DNA of 53,243 bases from Vicugna vicugna (taxonomy: Eukaryota), in NCBI GenBank assembly GCA_013265495.1, contig MU058790.1, positions 210,948 through 264,190 of the forward strand. Reading direction: 5' to 3'. Below, one piece after another: positions 25,096 through 38,635 of the stretch (position 1 is the first letter of the stretch; the number at the start of each line of letters is the position of its first letter). A model generated the notes under the pieces. It searched no databases, was not told the origin of the DNA, and worked only from the letters and a program-made list of their open reading frames with translations. Made by a program: the position numbers and the translations under genes.

Positions 25096-26254
25096 GACAG
25101 CTTCAATCCACCAAAAATGTACAATTTGATAAGGTTTCTTTAAAAATGGACTTCATTGTGATATAATTTATGCATAATATAATACACATATTCTAGTGTA
25201 TAGTTCTCAGGGTTTTTAAAAAATTGTGGTATGAAACACATAACATAAAATTTACCATCTTAACCATTTTTAATTGTGCAGCTTGGTAATGTTAAGTATA
25301 TTCACATTGTGGTGTAGTCTCTTTCTTTTTTCTTTTTTTTTAGTCTCTTTTGAATAAGAGTAAACCATGCTCAGCCTCCTTCATAGGACTTTAACAAGAA
25401 AGATAATGTAGCATTACACTTTGTATTTTCATAGCACTTGAATTGAAAGTGTATTGGTACTGAAGACATTGATCTAATGGGATTCAGATTGTAATCATTA
25501 AAGCAAGTTTGTTTTTTGCTATCACTATCCCCCTAAACTTGATGGAAGTACTTCTTTCTCTGGTCCAGGATGAAACTTGAACAGGCTTCACAACTTTTTC
25601 ATCTTTTCATCACTTATAGATAACAGAAAACCTTGTGGCCTCTATAGGGCTGTGGACTTGGAATAATTTAATAAATTGTTTATGGCCAAGAAATTAGTAT
25701 ATAGGGCAGGCCATAATTAAAATGAAATTTCTTTGATTCTGAGTGTGAAAATCTTTCCACATACTTTCCTAAAAATATAAAGCACTGAGGATAAATATGA
25801 AGAAATGAGTAACAAATGAAAGTGGCTGTCATTGGCCTCTGGAGATTGTTCTCCACTGATGGGGAAGGATTTGAAGACTTCATTCATTTTCATTGCTATA
25901 TAAAATTTCATGGTATAAACATAGCACTGTTTTAATCATTATTTTTGAAGAATTAACTACTGTGTTGTTTCAGATATTTTGCCACATCAAAAACACTGTG
26001 GTAGCAAACATCTTATACATACCTCTAGTGGCTGTGTGCAGGAGTTCTCCAGGTAGTTTATTACAGTGTAAAATTCTAGGGTCTTGGAGGTGAAGATCTT
26101 CAACATTTAAAGATATTGCCAAATTGCTTTTTAGGAGTTTGTGTCATTACTGTCTTTATAAACCTTTAAATGTTCACTAATCTGATGGGTATGAAATTGT
26201 ACTTGAAGAGCAGTTTTATTTGCATTCCACTGATTGTGAATGATACATTCATCA

Positions 26255-26570
26255 GCTTGAACTTCCAAAGCAGGTTACCATAGACTGGGTGGCTTAAACA
26301 ACGGAAGTTTATTTCTCATAGTTCTGGAGGCTGGAGGTCTGAGATCAGGGTGCCATAATGGTTGATTCTGGTGAGGGCTTGCTGATGGCCACCTTTCTGT
26401 TAAGTCTTCACATGGTGGAGAGTGAGAGACCCAGCAAACTCTCTGCTGTGTCTTTTTATGAGGGCACTAATCCCATCACGAAGGCCCCATCCTCATGACC
26501 TCATCTGACTAATTACCTCCCAAAGGCCCCAGCTCCAAATACTATCATACTGGGGGCTAGGGCTTCAACT
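26255..26570 (-). mobile_element. MLT1A-type MaLR LTR
   Basis: ccatagactgggtggcttaaacaacggaagtttatttctcatagttctggaggctgga...gggcactaatcccatcacg...tacctcccaaaggcccc. Confidence 0.85.
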
Positions 26571-27227
26571 TAGGGTGGTTTGATAAAGTTTAATCCATGT
26601 ATACGTCCATGAAACCACTGTCACAGTGAATTTACAGAATATATCCAGTTTCCTAGAGCCCTTTGCAGTCTATCCCTCCCTCTACCCTGATCCCAGGATA
26701 ATGATTTGCTTTCTGTCTCTGTGGATTAGTTTGCCTTTTCTAGAGTTTTATGTAAATGGAGTCATGCAGCAGGTACTATTTTGTGTCTGCCTTCTTTCAC
26801 TCAGCAAAATGACTTTGAGATTTATTCAGACAGTTGTATGTATCAGTAATTTGTTCCTTTTTATTGCTGAGTAGTATTTCATTGTATGGATTTTCTACAT
26901 TTTATTTATTTCTTCACCTGTTGATGGACATTCACTTTTTTTTTTTTAGTTTAGGGCAATTATGAATAAAACCTTGTATGAACATTCTTGTACAAGTCTT
27001 TTTGGGGTCATAAACTTTCGTTTTTCTTGGGAAAATACCTATGAGTGGAATGGTGTGGTAGTATGGTAAATGTCTAACTTATTAAGAAGCTCAGAAAAGT
27101 TTTCCAAAGTGGTTTAACCATTTTACTTTCCCACCAGTAATATATGAGTTCCAGTGTTTCTACATCCTCTCTAACACATGATATTGTTGTTGCCATTGAC
27201 TTTTTATATATATATATATTTTTAAAC

Positions 27228-27355
27228 TTTTTTTTTGTGAGGGGAGATAATTAGGTTTATTTATCTATTTATTTTTAGAGGAGGTACTGGGGATTGAACC
27301 CAGGACCTCATGCATGCTAAGCATGCATTCTGTCACTTGAGCTATACCCTCCCCC
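27228..27355 (-). mobile_element. tRNA-Ala-derived camelid SINE (vic-type)
   Basis: gaggtactggggattgaacccaggacctcatgcatgctaagcatgc...gagctataccctccccc; ttgactttt occurs on both sides. Confidence 0.85.
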
Positions 27356-28268
27356 AAGCAGTTGACTTTTATTGTAGTCATCTTAGTGGTCTTGTACTGG
27401 TACCTCATTGTATTTTAATTTGCATTTCCCCAAGTTCTGGATATGTTTGAAAGATGTTGGATATCTTTTCATGTGCTTACTGGTCAAATACCTATCTTCT
27501 TTTATGAAGTTCCATTTTAATTGGGTTGATCTGTGAGGCAAAACATTTTTGTATATTCTAGATACAAGTTCCTTGTCAGATATATGTACATTGTATTTTC
27601 TCCTGTTCTTTGGCTTACTTCTTTATTTTCCTAATGGTGTCTTCATTTTGATGAAGTCTGATTTATCCATTTTTTTAATGGTTCATGCTTTTGGTATCTA
27701 ATCTAATAAATATTTCCCTAACCTGATGTCATAAAAATTTTCTCCTATGTTTTCTTCTGGAAGTTTTGTAGTTTTAGTTTTCACATGTCAGTCTGTGATT
27801 TATTTCTAATTTCTTGCACATCATATATGTGTGTCATACATATATTATATACATATATATTATATATCATATATATACATATATTGGACATATATAACGG
27901 TACATTATTATATACATCATGTAATATGACCTAAACTAGTATATCAGTGTATATATCATATATAATATGATCTAAATGAATGTATATTATATATTCAAAT
28001 TAATATAATTTAAATAATAAAATGTTATAATTAATATTTCAATTATATGTATTATATTAGTGTATATTTTTAGTTCAGGTCATATTATATATGATACACA
28101 TATACACTGTAACCTGATAAGATGTTTATTTATTAATTGTAGGTAAAGGCTGAAGTTCATTTTTTCTGGGTATCCAATTGTGTAAATATCACTTGTTGAA
28201 AAGTTTATCCTTTCTCCACTGAATTATCTTGGTGACTTTATTGAAAATCAACTGACCATATATTTTGG

Positions 28269-28379
28269 GTTTTTTTGTTTTTTTAAACATTTTTTATTGA
28301 GTTATAGTCATTTTACAATGTTGTGTCAAATTCCAGTGTACAGCACAATTTTTCAGTTATACATGAACATGCATATATT
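28269..28379 (-). mobile_element. 111-bp young L1 3' end with perfect 19-bp TSD
   Basis: aactgaccatatattttgg at 28250-28268 and 28380-28398; body nearly identical to 14990-15080. Confidence 0.92.
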
Positions 28380-28869
28380 AACTGACCATATATTTTGGAT
28401 CTACTTCTGGACCTTTGATTCTGTTAATTCTTTGTGTCTTTTATTTCACCAATACTACACTGTCTTTATCACTGTAACTTTATAATAAGACTTCAAGTCA
28501 GGTAATATATGTTCTTAACTTGTTCTTTTCTTTAATGCTGTTTTGGCTCTTCTAGGTCACTGTGACTTAAGCTGTAGAGGTAACTGCAGAAGATTAGGGC
28601 TGGGAGTTAGGCTATGGCCAGATAATGCAGGGTATTGTTAGTCAGGCTACAAAGCTTGTGTCCCCCAGACAATGGAGGAGTATTAAAAAATTGATAACAG
28701 GGTAGTAACATGGTTATATTTGTACTCTGGAAAGCATTCTGGGAAATAAGTGGGGCATAGATTGAGGGGCTGAGACCAAGGCTGAAAGACTAATACCTAG
28801 GCTGTTTTAGTAGTCTCAGACAGAGATGATAAGGCTCTGCTTTAGGACACTGAAGCTAGAATGGGCCCA

Positions 28870-29140
28870 GCAGAGCTGTCTGCTGTGATGGTAAGGTTCT
28901 TGAGCTGATCTGTCAGATACAGTAGCCACTGGCTATATGTTACTCCTGAGTTCTTGAAATATGACTGGTGAGACTAAGGAATTGAATTTTTTTTTTTTAC
29001 TGAGGTATAGTCAGCTTACAGTGTGTCAGTTTCTGATATACAGTAAATTCTTCATGAATTTTTATTTAACTTTAAGTAACTTTTATCTAAATTTAAATGT
29101 CTGCATGTGGCCAGTGGCTACTGTATTGGACAGTGCAGAG
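28870..29140. mobile_element. MER3-type hAT MITE with a tiny nested L1 tail (~28990-29050)
   Basis: cagtagccactggctatatg...aaatttaaat...catgtggccagtggctactgtattggacagtgcag. Confidence 0.75.
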
Positions 29141-29593
29141 CTTGAGGAAGGAATAAACTGCAGGGATAATAAGGAGGAAAAAATGGAAAAGATTAAGGAA
29201 GAGAAAGAAAAAGGTGACCCTCAAGTTTCTGTACTGTAGTGAATTAGTTAACATCTGTATTACCACTAGAGTATAAACTTAGTGGGGGTGGGGACTGTCT
29301 TTCTCAGTCAGTGTTATATACCCAGCACCTTACATAGTACCCAGCATACAGCAAATGCTCAGTGATGATTTGTCAAAGGATGAAAGGAAGGGAAGAAGGG
29401 AAAACAATCTGATAAGGCATTAGCCACGTTCAGTATGGTAAGGGATTAATATGAGAAGAAAATCCAGGAGGAAGTAGATAATATCTGACGTGTATTGAGG
29501 ACTTACCATGGTCGAACACTGCTATATATTCCTCTACATTGTATCATTTAATCTGCACAGCAATCCTCTGAGTCAGATATTATTCCCATTTTA

Positions 29594-30048
29594 TTTTATT
29601 TTATTTTTTGAAGTTTTATTTATTTTTTAAGAACCAATAGTAGCTTTTTTTTTTATTGAAGTACCATCAGTTACAATATGTCAATTTCTGGTGTACATCA
29701 CAACGTCCCAGTCATGCATGCACATACATATATTCATTTTCATATTCTTTTTCATTAAAAGTTATCACAAAATACTGAATATAGTTCCTTGTGCTATACA
29801 GAAGAAACTTTTTTAAAAAATCTTATTTTTATATATAGTGGACAACATTTGCAAATTTCAAACTCCCAAATTTATTCCTTCCCACCCCCTTTCCTTGATA
29901 ACCATAAGACTGTTTACTATGTTATGTATGCGAGTCTTTCTGTTTTGTGGATAACTTCATAGTGTCCTTTTTTTTTTTAAGATTCCACATATAAGTGATA
30001 TAATATGGTATTTTTCTTTCTCCTTCTGGCTTACTTCACCTAGAATGA
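29594..30048 (-). mobile_element. L1 3' end inserted into a MIR (MIR halves ~29480-29593 and ~30049-30185)
   Basis: cccatttta duplicated at 29585 and 30049; L1 3'UTR body between them. Confidence 0.82.
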
Positions 30049-30189
30049 CCCATTTTACAGGTACAAAAACTGAAAATTAGAAAAAGTGAAGGAACAGGAA
30101 TAAAATGACTACTAGGTGGCAGAGTTAGAATGAGGTTAGTTTGGGCCAAGTTGTGGGACAAACATCTTTTGCTCCAACAGAGAAGTCTG

Positions 30190-30740
30190 GATTCCAGATA
30201 CAGGTTTTGGAATCATCAGTAAAAGACATTTACTGAAACGTGTGAATGGAAGTGTTTGCTCAGGAAGAGAGATTATAGAATGAAAATAGAGGTCTATGGG
30301 GAGAGAATCCTTGAAAGGCAACTGAGAAGTACTGAGAAAGATAGATGTATGTGTATAAGAGGAAACCCAGAGAAAGTCATGTCCCAAAAACTGAGGAAGG
30401 AGAAGAGTTGAGGAGGGTAGGGGCGTGGCCCACATCTCACAGGCTGGAGATGTCCTTGTCGTTCATGGACTGAGCAACTGGAAGGTCAATGGGTCCACAG
30501 CCGAAGCAGTTTTCTGAACTGGTGGAGACAGAGTCAGATTATGAGGCACCACAGAGTAAATACAAGATGCAGTGATAGAAAGTGAAAATCTTTGTTTGCA
30601 AGGATAAAAAGATAAGGTGGTATCCAGAGATGGGAGTGTGGGTTGTCCATGTTGTTGTTTTAAGGAGGAAAGTATTGGAGCGTGCTTATGAAAGAAAAGG
30701 CTATTGTGGTGGAAGGGGAGGTTGAAGTGTCAGGGTTGGG
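30190..30740. mobile_element. L2 fragment
   Basis: Purine-rich degenerate L2 motifs (tttggaatcatcag...gaggaaacccagagaaagt...gagcaactggaaggtca...gagtcagattatgagg). Confidence 0.5.
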
Positions 30741-31344
30741 GAGTGAGAAACTTGACAGTGGTTTTGTCATCTACGGTGCTGTTGCTGCTTGTCGGCAGAC
30801 CCACACCCGTCCGTGAACTGTGAGTTACTGGTCTGAGATATGATAAAGACAATAATGGAAGATAAACATTGAGGAATTTTAATAGCTGTTTGACTCAGTC
30901 ATTTGATACCTATTGAATATAAATATTTAAAAACTAGGAGCTGTACTTGGTATATCCTTGTTTGGTCATTGCTGCTTTTGTAATGATTCACTTTTATTGT
31001 GTTTTGCAAAAACAGAAGACAAACAAAAAGATTGGTCCTCAACGGATGGGATTTTTTTTTTTTAAATGGTCCTCCATCACAGTTTGAGAACCACTATTTT
31101 TTTTAAATGATGAAACGAGCATGGTGAGATATTAACATTTAGGAGACCTGGTTGAAAGGTGTATGGGACTTATTTGTACTTTTACAAGTAGTTTCTATAA
31201 ATCTGGAGTTACTCCAAGATAAAATGTTTTTTTTAAAAAATGCTGTAAGACTAATGTAGATAACAAATTGGGATTAATCTTAACTAAAAGAGTAGATAAC
31301 TTCCGCTAAGTTGAAATGTGGGAGGGAACTTTTGCTGAAAGAAC

Positions 31345-31725
31345 GTGCCTTAGCTTTGTACTTTGTGACCCTGAGACAAGGTTTGCGTGCAAGTAGTTTA
31401 TTTGGAAGTTAATTCGAAGAATCACCGTTAGTTTAGTTAAGGAATCAAGGGAGGGAGGGAGAAGGAAGCTGATACAGTGTGTGAAATGCTAAGAAACAGT
31501 GTAGAACATACATCAGAATTAGCCCATTTAGGGACAAGAGAACTGCCACATTTATCCTCCAACTGCCATATGTCATTTCCTGAGAGCTGCTCCAGGGACA
31601 GTAAGTTCCTTGGACTCCCAGCCTTCCCCAGGCCACCTGCGGGAAAGGCTGCCAGTTGAGCGTTGCAGGTGCGTGCAGTAGGATGAAGCTGACGGGGTTA
31701 TTTGCAGGCATGGACAGCATCTGCT
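31345..31725. mobile_element. Ancient ERV-L-class solo LTR
   Basis: gaccctgagacaaggtttgcgtgcaagtagtttatttgga matches old ERVL LTRs (LTR16/33/41 group). Confidence 0.6.
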
Positions 31726-32095
31726 ATGATGAGACAGGAAGTGAGTGAAACATGGTTTGAAGAGGCGGATGAAAGTTAAAAAATGACATCAGTAGGAATG
31801 GGCCAAGGAACCAACTAGGGAACGTGTGATTGATGGCTATGATTGCCCTACAGGCTTGAGAACTGGTGAAGGTTAGAATCCATGGATTTATCACCCTGTC
31901 AGTCCTCCCAGGGCTGTAAGAGTGAGGCACATATAGAGGCTGTGAAAGCAGTCAGGTATTTGACTTCTGTTCTTTTCCCAGGCAGCTGCATGAACCTATG
32001 AGCACATCTCACTAAGCTTTTGGACTCCAAGAGCATTAAGAGTACTTTTCAGATGAAGTGCTCTCAAGCTGGGTCTTTTCTTTATCTGTTTTTAA

Positions 32096-32224
32096 ATTTT
32101 GGGGAGGGCATAATTAGATTTATTTATTTACTTAAGTATTTTAATGGAGGTACTGGGGATTGAACGAACCTGGGACATCGTGCATGCTAAGCACGTACTC
32201 TGCCACTGAGCTATACCCTCCCCC
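32096..32224 (-). mobile_element. tRNA-Ala-derived camelid SINE (vic-type)
   Basis: aatggaggtactggggattgaac...gtgcatgctaagcacgtactctgccactgagctataccctccccc. Confidence 0.85.
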
Positions 32225-35200
32225 TTCCTTATGCATTTAGGCTGTTGACTTTGCAAATCTCACTGTAGAAATGTATATCTCTATCATTCCATTGCTTTCA
32301 GGATTTGCATTCTTTGGGTATCAGTAAGTTTCACAAGGTAATGAGGTCAGATCTCCTTCAGCACTGGATCCATGTGCCAACCCAGTACATAGTAGTGGGG
32401 GTCATGTGAAAATAGTATGATCCCTGCCTGGCGAAGCTCAGAGATTTGCAAGTGGAGAGAAGCCTGTAAAGAGGTAAGCAGACACAGTGGATTGAATGCT
32501 GTGATAGGGCGTACATAGTAGGTGCTCAGTTAATATTTGCTGAATGACTGAATGAAATGTGAGCCAATGTACTAACTCTTCCTCTTGTCATGATAAGCTT
32601 ATCATATTCTTCGATGAAGTTAGCAACTACAGGCTTAAAGTGGTTTCAAGGAAAGATGGAGATATTTGTCATCTTATAATGAGAAGGTTTCCTTAACTCT
32701 TCCATGAGCAAACTGGCCGAAACACAAGAAAACACTGAACCCATTAGTTTCCAGATTTCTTTTTATGGGAGTGGAGAATGAGACCCAAGAGTCATTTTCA
32801 TTTTAACTGTCTCTTGATGATTGAGCCATGACAGTCACATTGCTTCTTCTCTGGCTCTTAAATTTAACAGAGAAGCATCATTTAGGCCTCAAGGAATCTA
32901 ACTCAGTAGTGATGAAATGTTGATGATTTGGGAATGATAAATAACTCGTCTCACCTTGCTACTCCCCCCAGATTAAAGTCCTTAGTGGCTGGATTTGAAC
33001 TATTTCACAATTTTGTCATTAGCCATGCAACAATGTCTTAATGGTCATTTGCATGTAGCACTAGACACAGAAAAATTCTATTTCTTGCTTTATTTTGAAG
33101 AGTTTAGAATATTTTGTTTACTGACATTCATTCTTAAAAAGATTTCTACTTTACTTTGAAAAAATAACTGCTTACTCACTCAGTATTGTGGGATTTAAAA
33201 ATTTTTCTCATTTTAATTTTTTTCACACATTATTCAGTGCTGGTTTAGTTATGATTGTGCTCAAGACAGAGCATGTTAGATGAAGAAAGTTCACAGCCTT
33301 GCAGGGGAAGAGAGACCAGTGAGCAGGCTAGAGCAGTGACTTCAGTGCCATCACAGATCAGGAAAAGAGAAAATCTCTGCCTTGAGAAGTCAATGGAGAC
33401 TTTAAGAGAACATCACATTTTACTTGGTCTTAGGGGATGGGGAAACATTTTGTAGATCTCAGGGAGAAAGAAGGGAGCTTGGAAGTTGGGAAAGGGAGGG
33501 AGAGTGGAAGTAGGAAGGATATTCCAGGCAAAGGGGAAAGCAGGTACGCAATCAGAGATCGTGGCAGGCCACGGAATATTCTGGATAGATAAGCAGGGGC
33601 AGAAGCATTGGTTTGTGTGGGGAGGAGGAGGTGGGATGAAGAGCCCTGTGGGATGTGCTGAGAGCTTGTACTCAGATTTACAGGACAGCAGAGACTGAAC
33701 GATAGGGGAACACTGTTGTGGCCACCTTTACTATACAGGATAGACTCCCACCCCAAACTTGGTTAAGATGCAGAGATGAACAGTGGGTCTCTCTCTCTCT
33801 CAGACACACACACGAGGGTATGAACAGATACATCAATCACATCATGAGGCTTTCTGGGCAGATCAGGGTAGTCCCCAAGTAGGTCCAAAAATGGGTTGAG
33901 AGAGAGAACAGGGAGAGAAGACCGGCTTGGGGTCTTACGGTGGTTAGGTTTTCATGGTGGGGTCAGAGTAAGAGTTCCCAGCCATGGGAAGGGGCTTGTA
34001 TGGTTTAAATATCTCAGTAGCACTGAAGGAAGGAGCATCCAGACTTTCTTACAAGCTTGTCCACTTGTGGACCAGAAGGAGAAGAGGGTGGGGTGAGGCT
34101 GAAAAGCTGTTAGCAGTCAAATATCGAAAAATGAGGACATTGCACCAGCATGATCAGATTTCAGGGGAAAAAAGGAGCAGTGAGGAGATAACCTGGAAAA
34201 GGACGAGTCTAGACCAGAGGAACCTGCAAGAGACTGTGGTGAGTCCCCAGGCCAAAGGACGTGAGGACCCGAACTGTGCCAGTGAAAAAAAGGATGGTTT
34301 GAGGAATGTTTCTGAGGAAGATTTGAGATTTGGTACCCAGTGAACATGGTAGTGAGTGAGAGAGGCTGCTCCAGGATGACTTGGGGAGCTGTTTGTACAG
34401 CTGGAGGACAGTGAAAAGTAGAGTGGGATATATGGGAGGAGGGCCAGGTGGGGAGGAGGAGACGCTGAGTTGTTTCAGTTTCATGTGTTCGGAAATGTAG
34501 TGGCCTAGAACCACCTCATCCTTGGAGAAATGCACAACAGTAGTTCCAGAATCTGCCTTTTTCTAGGTCACCTTGAGTATAGGTGGTCACATACGGTAAT
34601 GCTAAAATTAAAGGCCCTCTGGGAAGCCCAACTGAGCATGATTTTCTTTTCGATTTCTAAGGAACTTATATTGTCTCTTATTACAAAACTAATACCTATT
34701 TCACGTAAACAATTATGGAATATAGACAAATATAGACAGGAAAATAAAAATGCCCCAAAGTCCTTCTGTGTGGAAATGATAACTAATATATTAGTATATT
34801 ATTTTCTAGAGGGTACCATTGGAGACCAAATATGAGAAAAACTTAAAAAAAGTGAGAAGAAGCTTCAAAGAGGAAGTAATGTTTCATCTGGATCTTTGAG
34901 GATTTTGAGGACATTTGCTGACCATAGAGGGGGGAGAAGAGGGGCTGAGAGTGGAGGTATAAGAGAATAAAGAAGGATACACATTTTAGAGTTGTGAGCA
35001 TATGGTTCATTACGTTATATAACCCAATATTTTAACTTAATATATTATTGAACTTAATATATCATGAGTATAGCTTTTAAGTGAAATTTTTGCAGTGAAA
35101 TAGATACATAGGAAATACATCGTATCATGTCTCTTACCTTTAGGAGACACCAAATTGGAGATTTTTGAAGCTCCTCTCAAACTGCTGTTTGGGGAATGTG

Positions 35201-36404
35201 AGCTAGCCTGCTACAACAGTCTGTTACCACCAACTCACTGTCAGTTTCTGAGCATTGGGCTTGCTGGCTTCCCCTTTGATCCAGGCCCCAGAGATCAGCA
35301 AATGAGATTGCCTGAATAGGTATTTTCCCCTGTATTTGAAACTTCTGATATGTTGATAAATATTTCAATTTTTCAGTTGTTGCAATTAAAGATCTCTATA
35401 GATCAAAAATTAGACTTAGAATTTCCAAGAACTCAGAAAGTTAACTGTAAGGTGTTTTTTTTTGTTTTGTTTTGTTTTTTCAGTTTCGTTGGGTAATCAT
35501 TGGCATACACACCAGGATATAAGTTTAAGGCATACAGCATGATGGTTTGATTTACATACATTCTGAAATGATTACCACAATAGGTTCAGCTAGCATCCAT
35601 CATGTAAGTTTGCTTTGGAAACAATTTGGATATATTTGTGGCAGAGAAGTCAACTGCTAGGCCCCAGGTATGTGTGCTCTTGTGGGTCAAGAAAAGGGTT
35701 TCTGTGATGGAAAAAAACTTTTGCTGATAATGCTGTTGGATTCTTCAGTTATCTTTATTAGAAGATTCGATTGATAGTTAGATGTGATGAATTTCCCATT
35801 CAGTGATTTTGACATTTTGTTTGTATTATGGGTGAAGTATACCAGATAGTCTATATTTCTGACTCTGGAGTGAAAGCAAGGAATTTCTTTGATGTGACAC
35901 TACCCGCTCCTCTTTGTCTCACTTTCTATGTCAGACTTGATCAGATGTTTGGAGAAGGAGCTCACTCTGCAAGTTGAGTTTTCAAATGCAGTAATGATTC
36001 CTCTCAATTAAAAGCAGATCTTCAATCTTGTTTTGCTTGCTACTGTGAATTGTGAGAGTCTTTGTTTTTCTAAATGATCAGCCATTTCCTATTGCCTAAA
36101 GAAGTAAACTTTATGTAAGCCTCTCCATAAGTCAGATTCTTCTAGTGCAACTCATTTTATGAGAATCACTTTTGGAAACTGCTTGAAGTGTTTTCTGTCT
36201 CCCGGATTATTTACCATGAAGTGATTTAATGCACTAAATTGCTAGGGTGGTTTCAGTTACAAAAGAGGGAATGCTCTGGATTCCACAAGAAGTATTGAGA
36301 GCCTGGGGTTCTAGTTCCATGAGTAAGTGGTATGTATCAGTTATCTATATAATAATGCTATGTAATAAACTACCAAACCTTAGTAACTTACAAATCACAA
36401 CCAG

Positions 36405-38635
36405 AGTTCCACTTCAAGTAGGGAAGTGAGACATGCTATGTAGACCAGCTCTGCAGAAAACTGATGAAAATTATTTTTAAAACAACCATTTAACATCTCT
36501 GGAAATGGTCCTAAGGGCATATAACAAATGAAGAAAATTTATTGAAGGAAATCTATTTAAACATGGATATAGCAGCAAGTGTCTAAGGTATTTGAACTGA
36601 TACCCACTCCATCTTTCTTTCCTCCCCCTCGGTAAAATGGAAACTCCACTCAGGACTGGTGCAGCAAAGGACGCAGGGCTCTTCCCTCCAGCTCCTAGTC
36701 CAAGGGCTGTCTTTAAGGGAGGGGCAGGACGTCAGCGTTTCTCATTCTACCCCTAGCTCTTTGTTACGAGGCTGTGTTCTGGGCAAGTGTGGCTGAGAGA
36801 TGGGGGCTTGCTTCTTCCTCCCAACCCCACCTCAGGGGATGGAGGTTCTACCTTGGTTGCAGTGTCACTGAGTATTACTGGGACCTGATCACCCTTCCAT
36901 GGATTGTAATCCGCGTGTGATCCACACTAAGAGAGGCAAACTGAGAAGTCTTGAGCTACTTCACCCTCAAGTGTTCAGCTCCTAAAATGGGGTATCACTC
37001 TGAGAAAAGTGTCCCATTGTCCCCACTCTCAGCTCCAGAGCTGTGGCTCATAGAATTGCCCTGGAGGTGAAACAGGCCATAAGAGAAAACACCGAGTCTC
37101 TCACGAAAGAAACTGATTTCATTTGCAACAGAATGTAGAGAAGTTCAAACCTAAGGGCACTCTCAAAAACAATGGACGTTGTGATGAAAGGCAGTTGGGA
37201 AAAGATTGGTATATTAATTGGAGATCTAGACTAAACTACAGGCTGGCTAGTTTTCTGGAGAGAAGCTGAGAAAGCAACACCTAGTGGGAACCTTCCTGGA
37301 GAGAGAAAGAACTTAAATATTGACCTAAACAACTTACCTTTCAAGAGAGCCTGGATTCAATTGTATCAGTTTATGGTACAATTTATGCCCTCAGGGAATT
37401 GATGGAGCTTACCAGTTGGGTTTGATCAGAGAAAGAGACAGAATGTTCTGCCAAAACCAATGCCATCCCAGGGTGACTAGTGTCATCCCCAAGTCTACAC
37501 CCCATGAAGAACATCAGAGGCTTCACAATGTGAGGGGAGGCTATAGACTTCACTACAATTATCCAGCCAATCACTAAACAATTAAACAGAGAAATAATAT
37601 AAGCACATGGTGGGACCAATATCCAGAGTTGCTATAATATATCTAAGATTTCCAATTTCTGACAAAAAAATTGATATATGCAAAGAAACAGAAAAGTATG
37701 ACCTATACACCAGAACAAAAACAGGCAGCAGAAACTTGAGAGCGACCAGATGTGGCATTTAATAGACAAAAGACTTCAAAGTTACCTTATAAATATGTTC
37801 AAAGGACTAAAGGAAACCATGATTAAAGAAGTAAAGGGAGATATGGTGACAATACTATGTCAACTGGAGAATATGAATAAAGAAATCAAAGTCATAAAAA
37901 GGAGCCAAGTGGAAATTCTGGAGTTGAAAATTACAATAACTGAAATGAAAAATTCACTAAAGGGTTGACCACTAGATTTGAACTGGCAGAAGAAAGAATC
38001 AGTGAACTTGATGATAGGACAATTGAAGTTTCCTAGTTTGGGGAGCAGAAAGGAAAAGGATGAAGAAAAATGAAAGGAAGTTATTTAGGCTGAAAGCAAG
38101 AAACTCCAGGCAGTAATTCATGTCTGTACCTCTCCCCCCAAAAAAGTACTGGTAAAGGTAATTGTAATTTTAAGAGACAGTATAGATGTATATTTATTTT
38201 CCTTTCTTTTTTTTTTTCTTTTTCCCTGGTAACCACAAATCTGTATTCTCTGTCTGTGAGTCTATTTCTGTCCTGTATTTTCCTTTCTTAAGTGACTTAA
38301 AAATTGATTGTGTAATGTACTGTTGTGCATATAAGATATGAAAATGTAATATATATACATATATTCCAATAGCAGCACAAAGGGAATGGGTGGAAGCAAA
38401 GCTGTATTAAGAAAATGACTCTGGATGGTAAATAGAATCCATGGGAACAAGTGGAGAGAACCATAGATGACAAATAAGGCTAGGTAATATAACAAAATCT
38501 ATAAATACATGTTTGTTCCTCTCCTTTAAAGTCATAAAGATATACAATTATATAAAGTAATTATTATGGCAATGTATTATTGATTTTGTAGAATTTATAG
38601 ATTTAATATATATAACCTAAGACCACAAAAAGGGG
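36405..38635 (+). mobile_element. Old L1M 5'UTR/ORF1 and deleted 3' portion, inserted in an MLT1 LTR
   Basis: ORF1-like peptide INMFKGLKETMIKEVK...SQVEILELKITITEMKNSLKG (37750-37968). MLT1 halves at ~36333-36402 and ~38640-39000. Confidence 0.75.

Larger units (their letters stand above)
26580..28555 (-). mobile_element. Old L1M element carrying nested SINE, AT-rich expansion and young L1 insertions
   Basis: ttgccttttctagagttttatgtaaatggagtcatgcag 3'UTR motifs and an antisense ORF2 signature. Confidence 0.8.

Noticed and set aside
37750..37968. Coiled-coil host protein exon
   Set aside because: It is an old L1 ORF1 remnant embedded in L1 5'UTR/ORF1 sequence.
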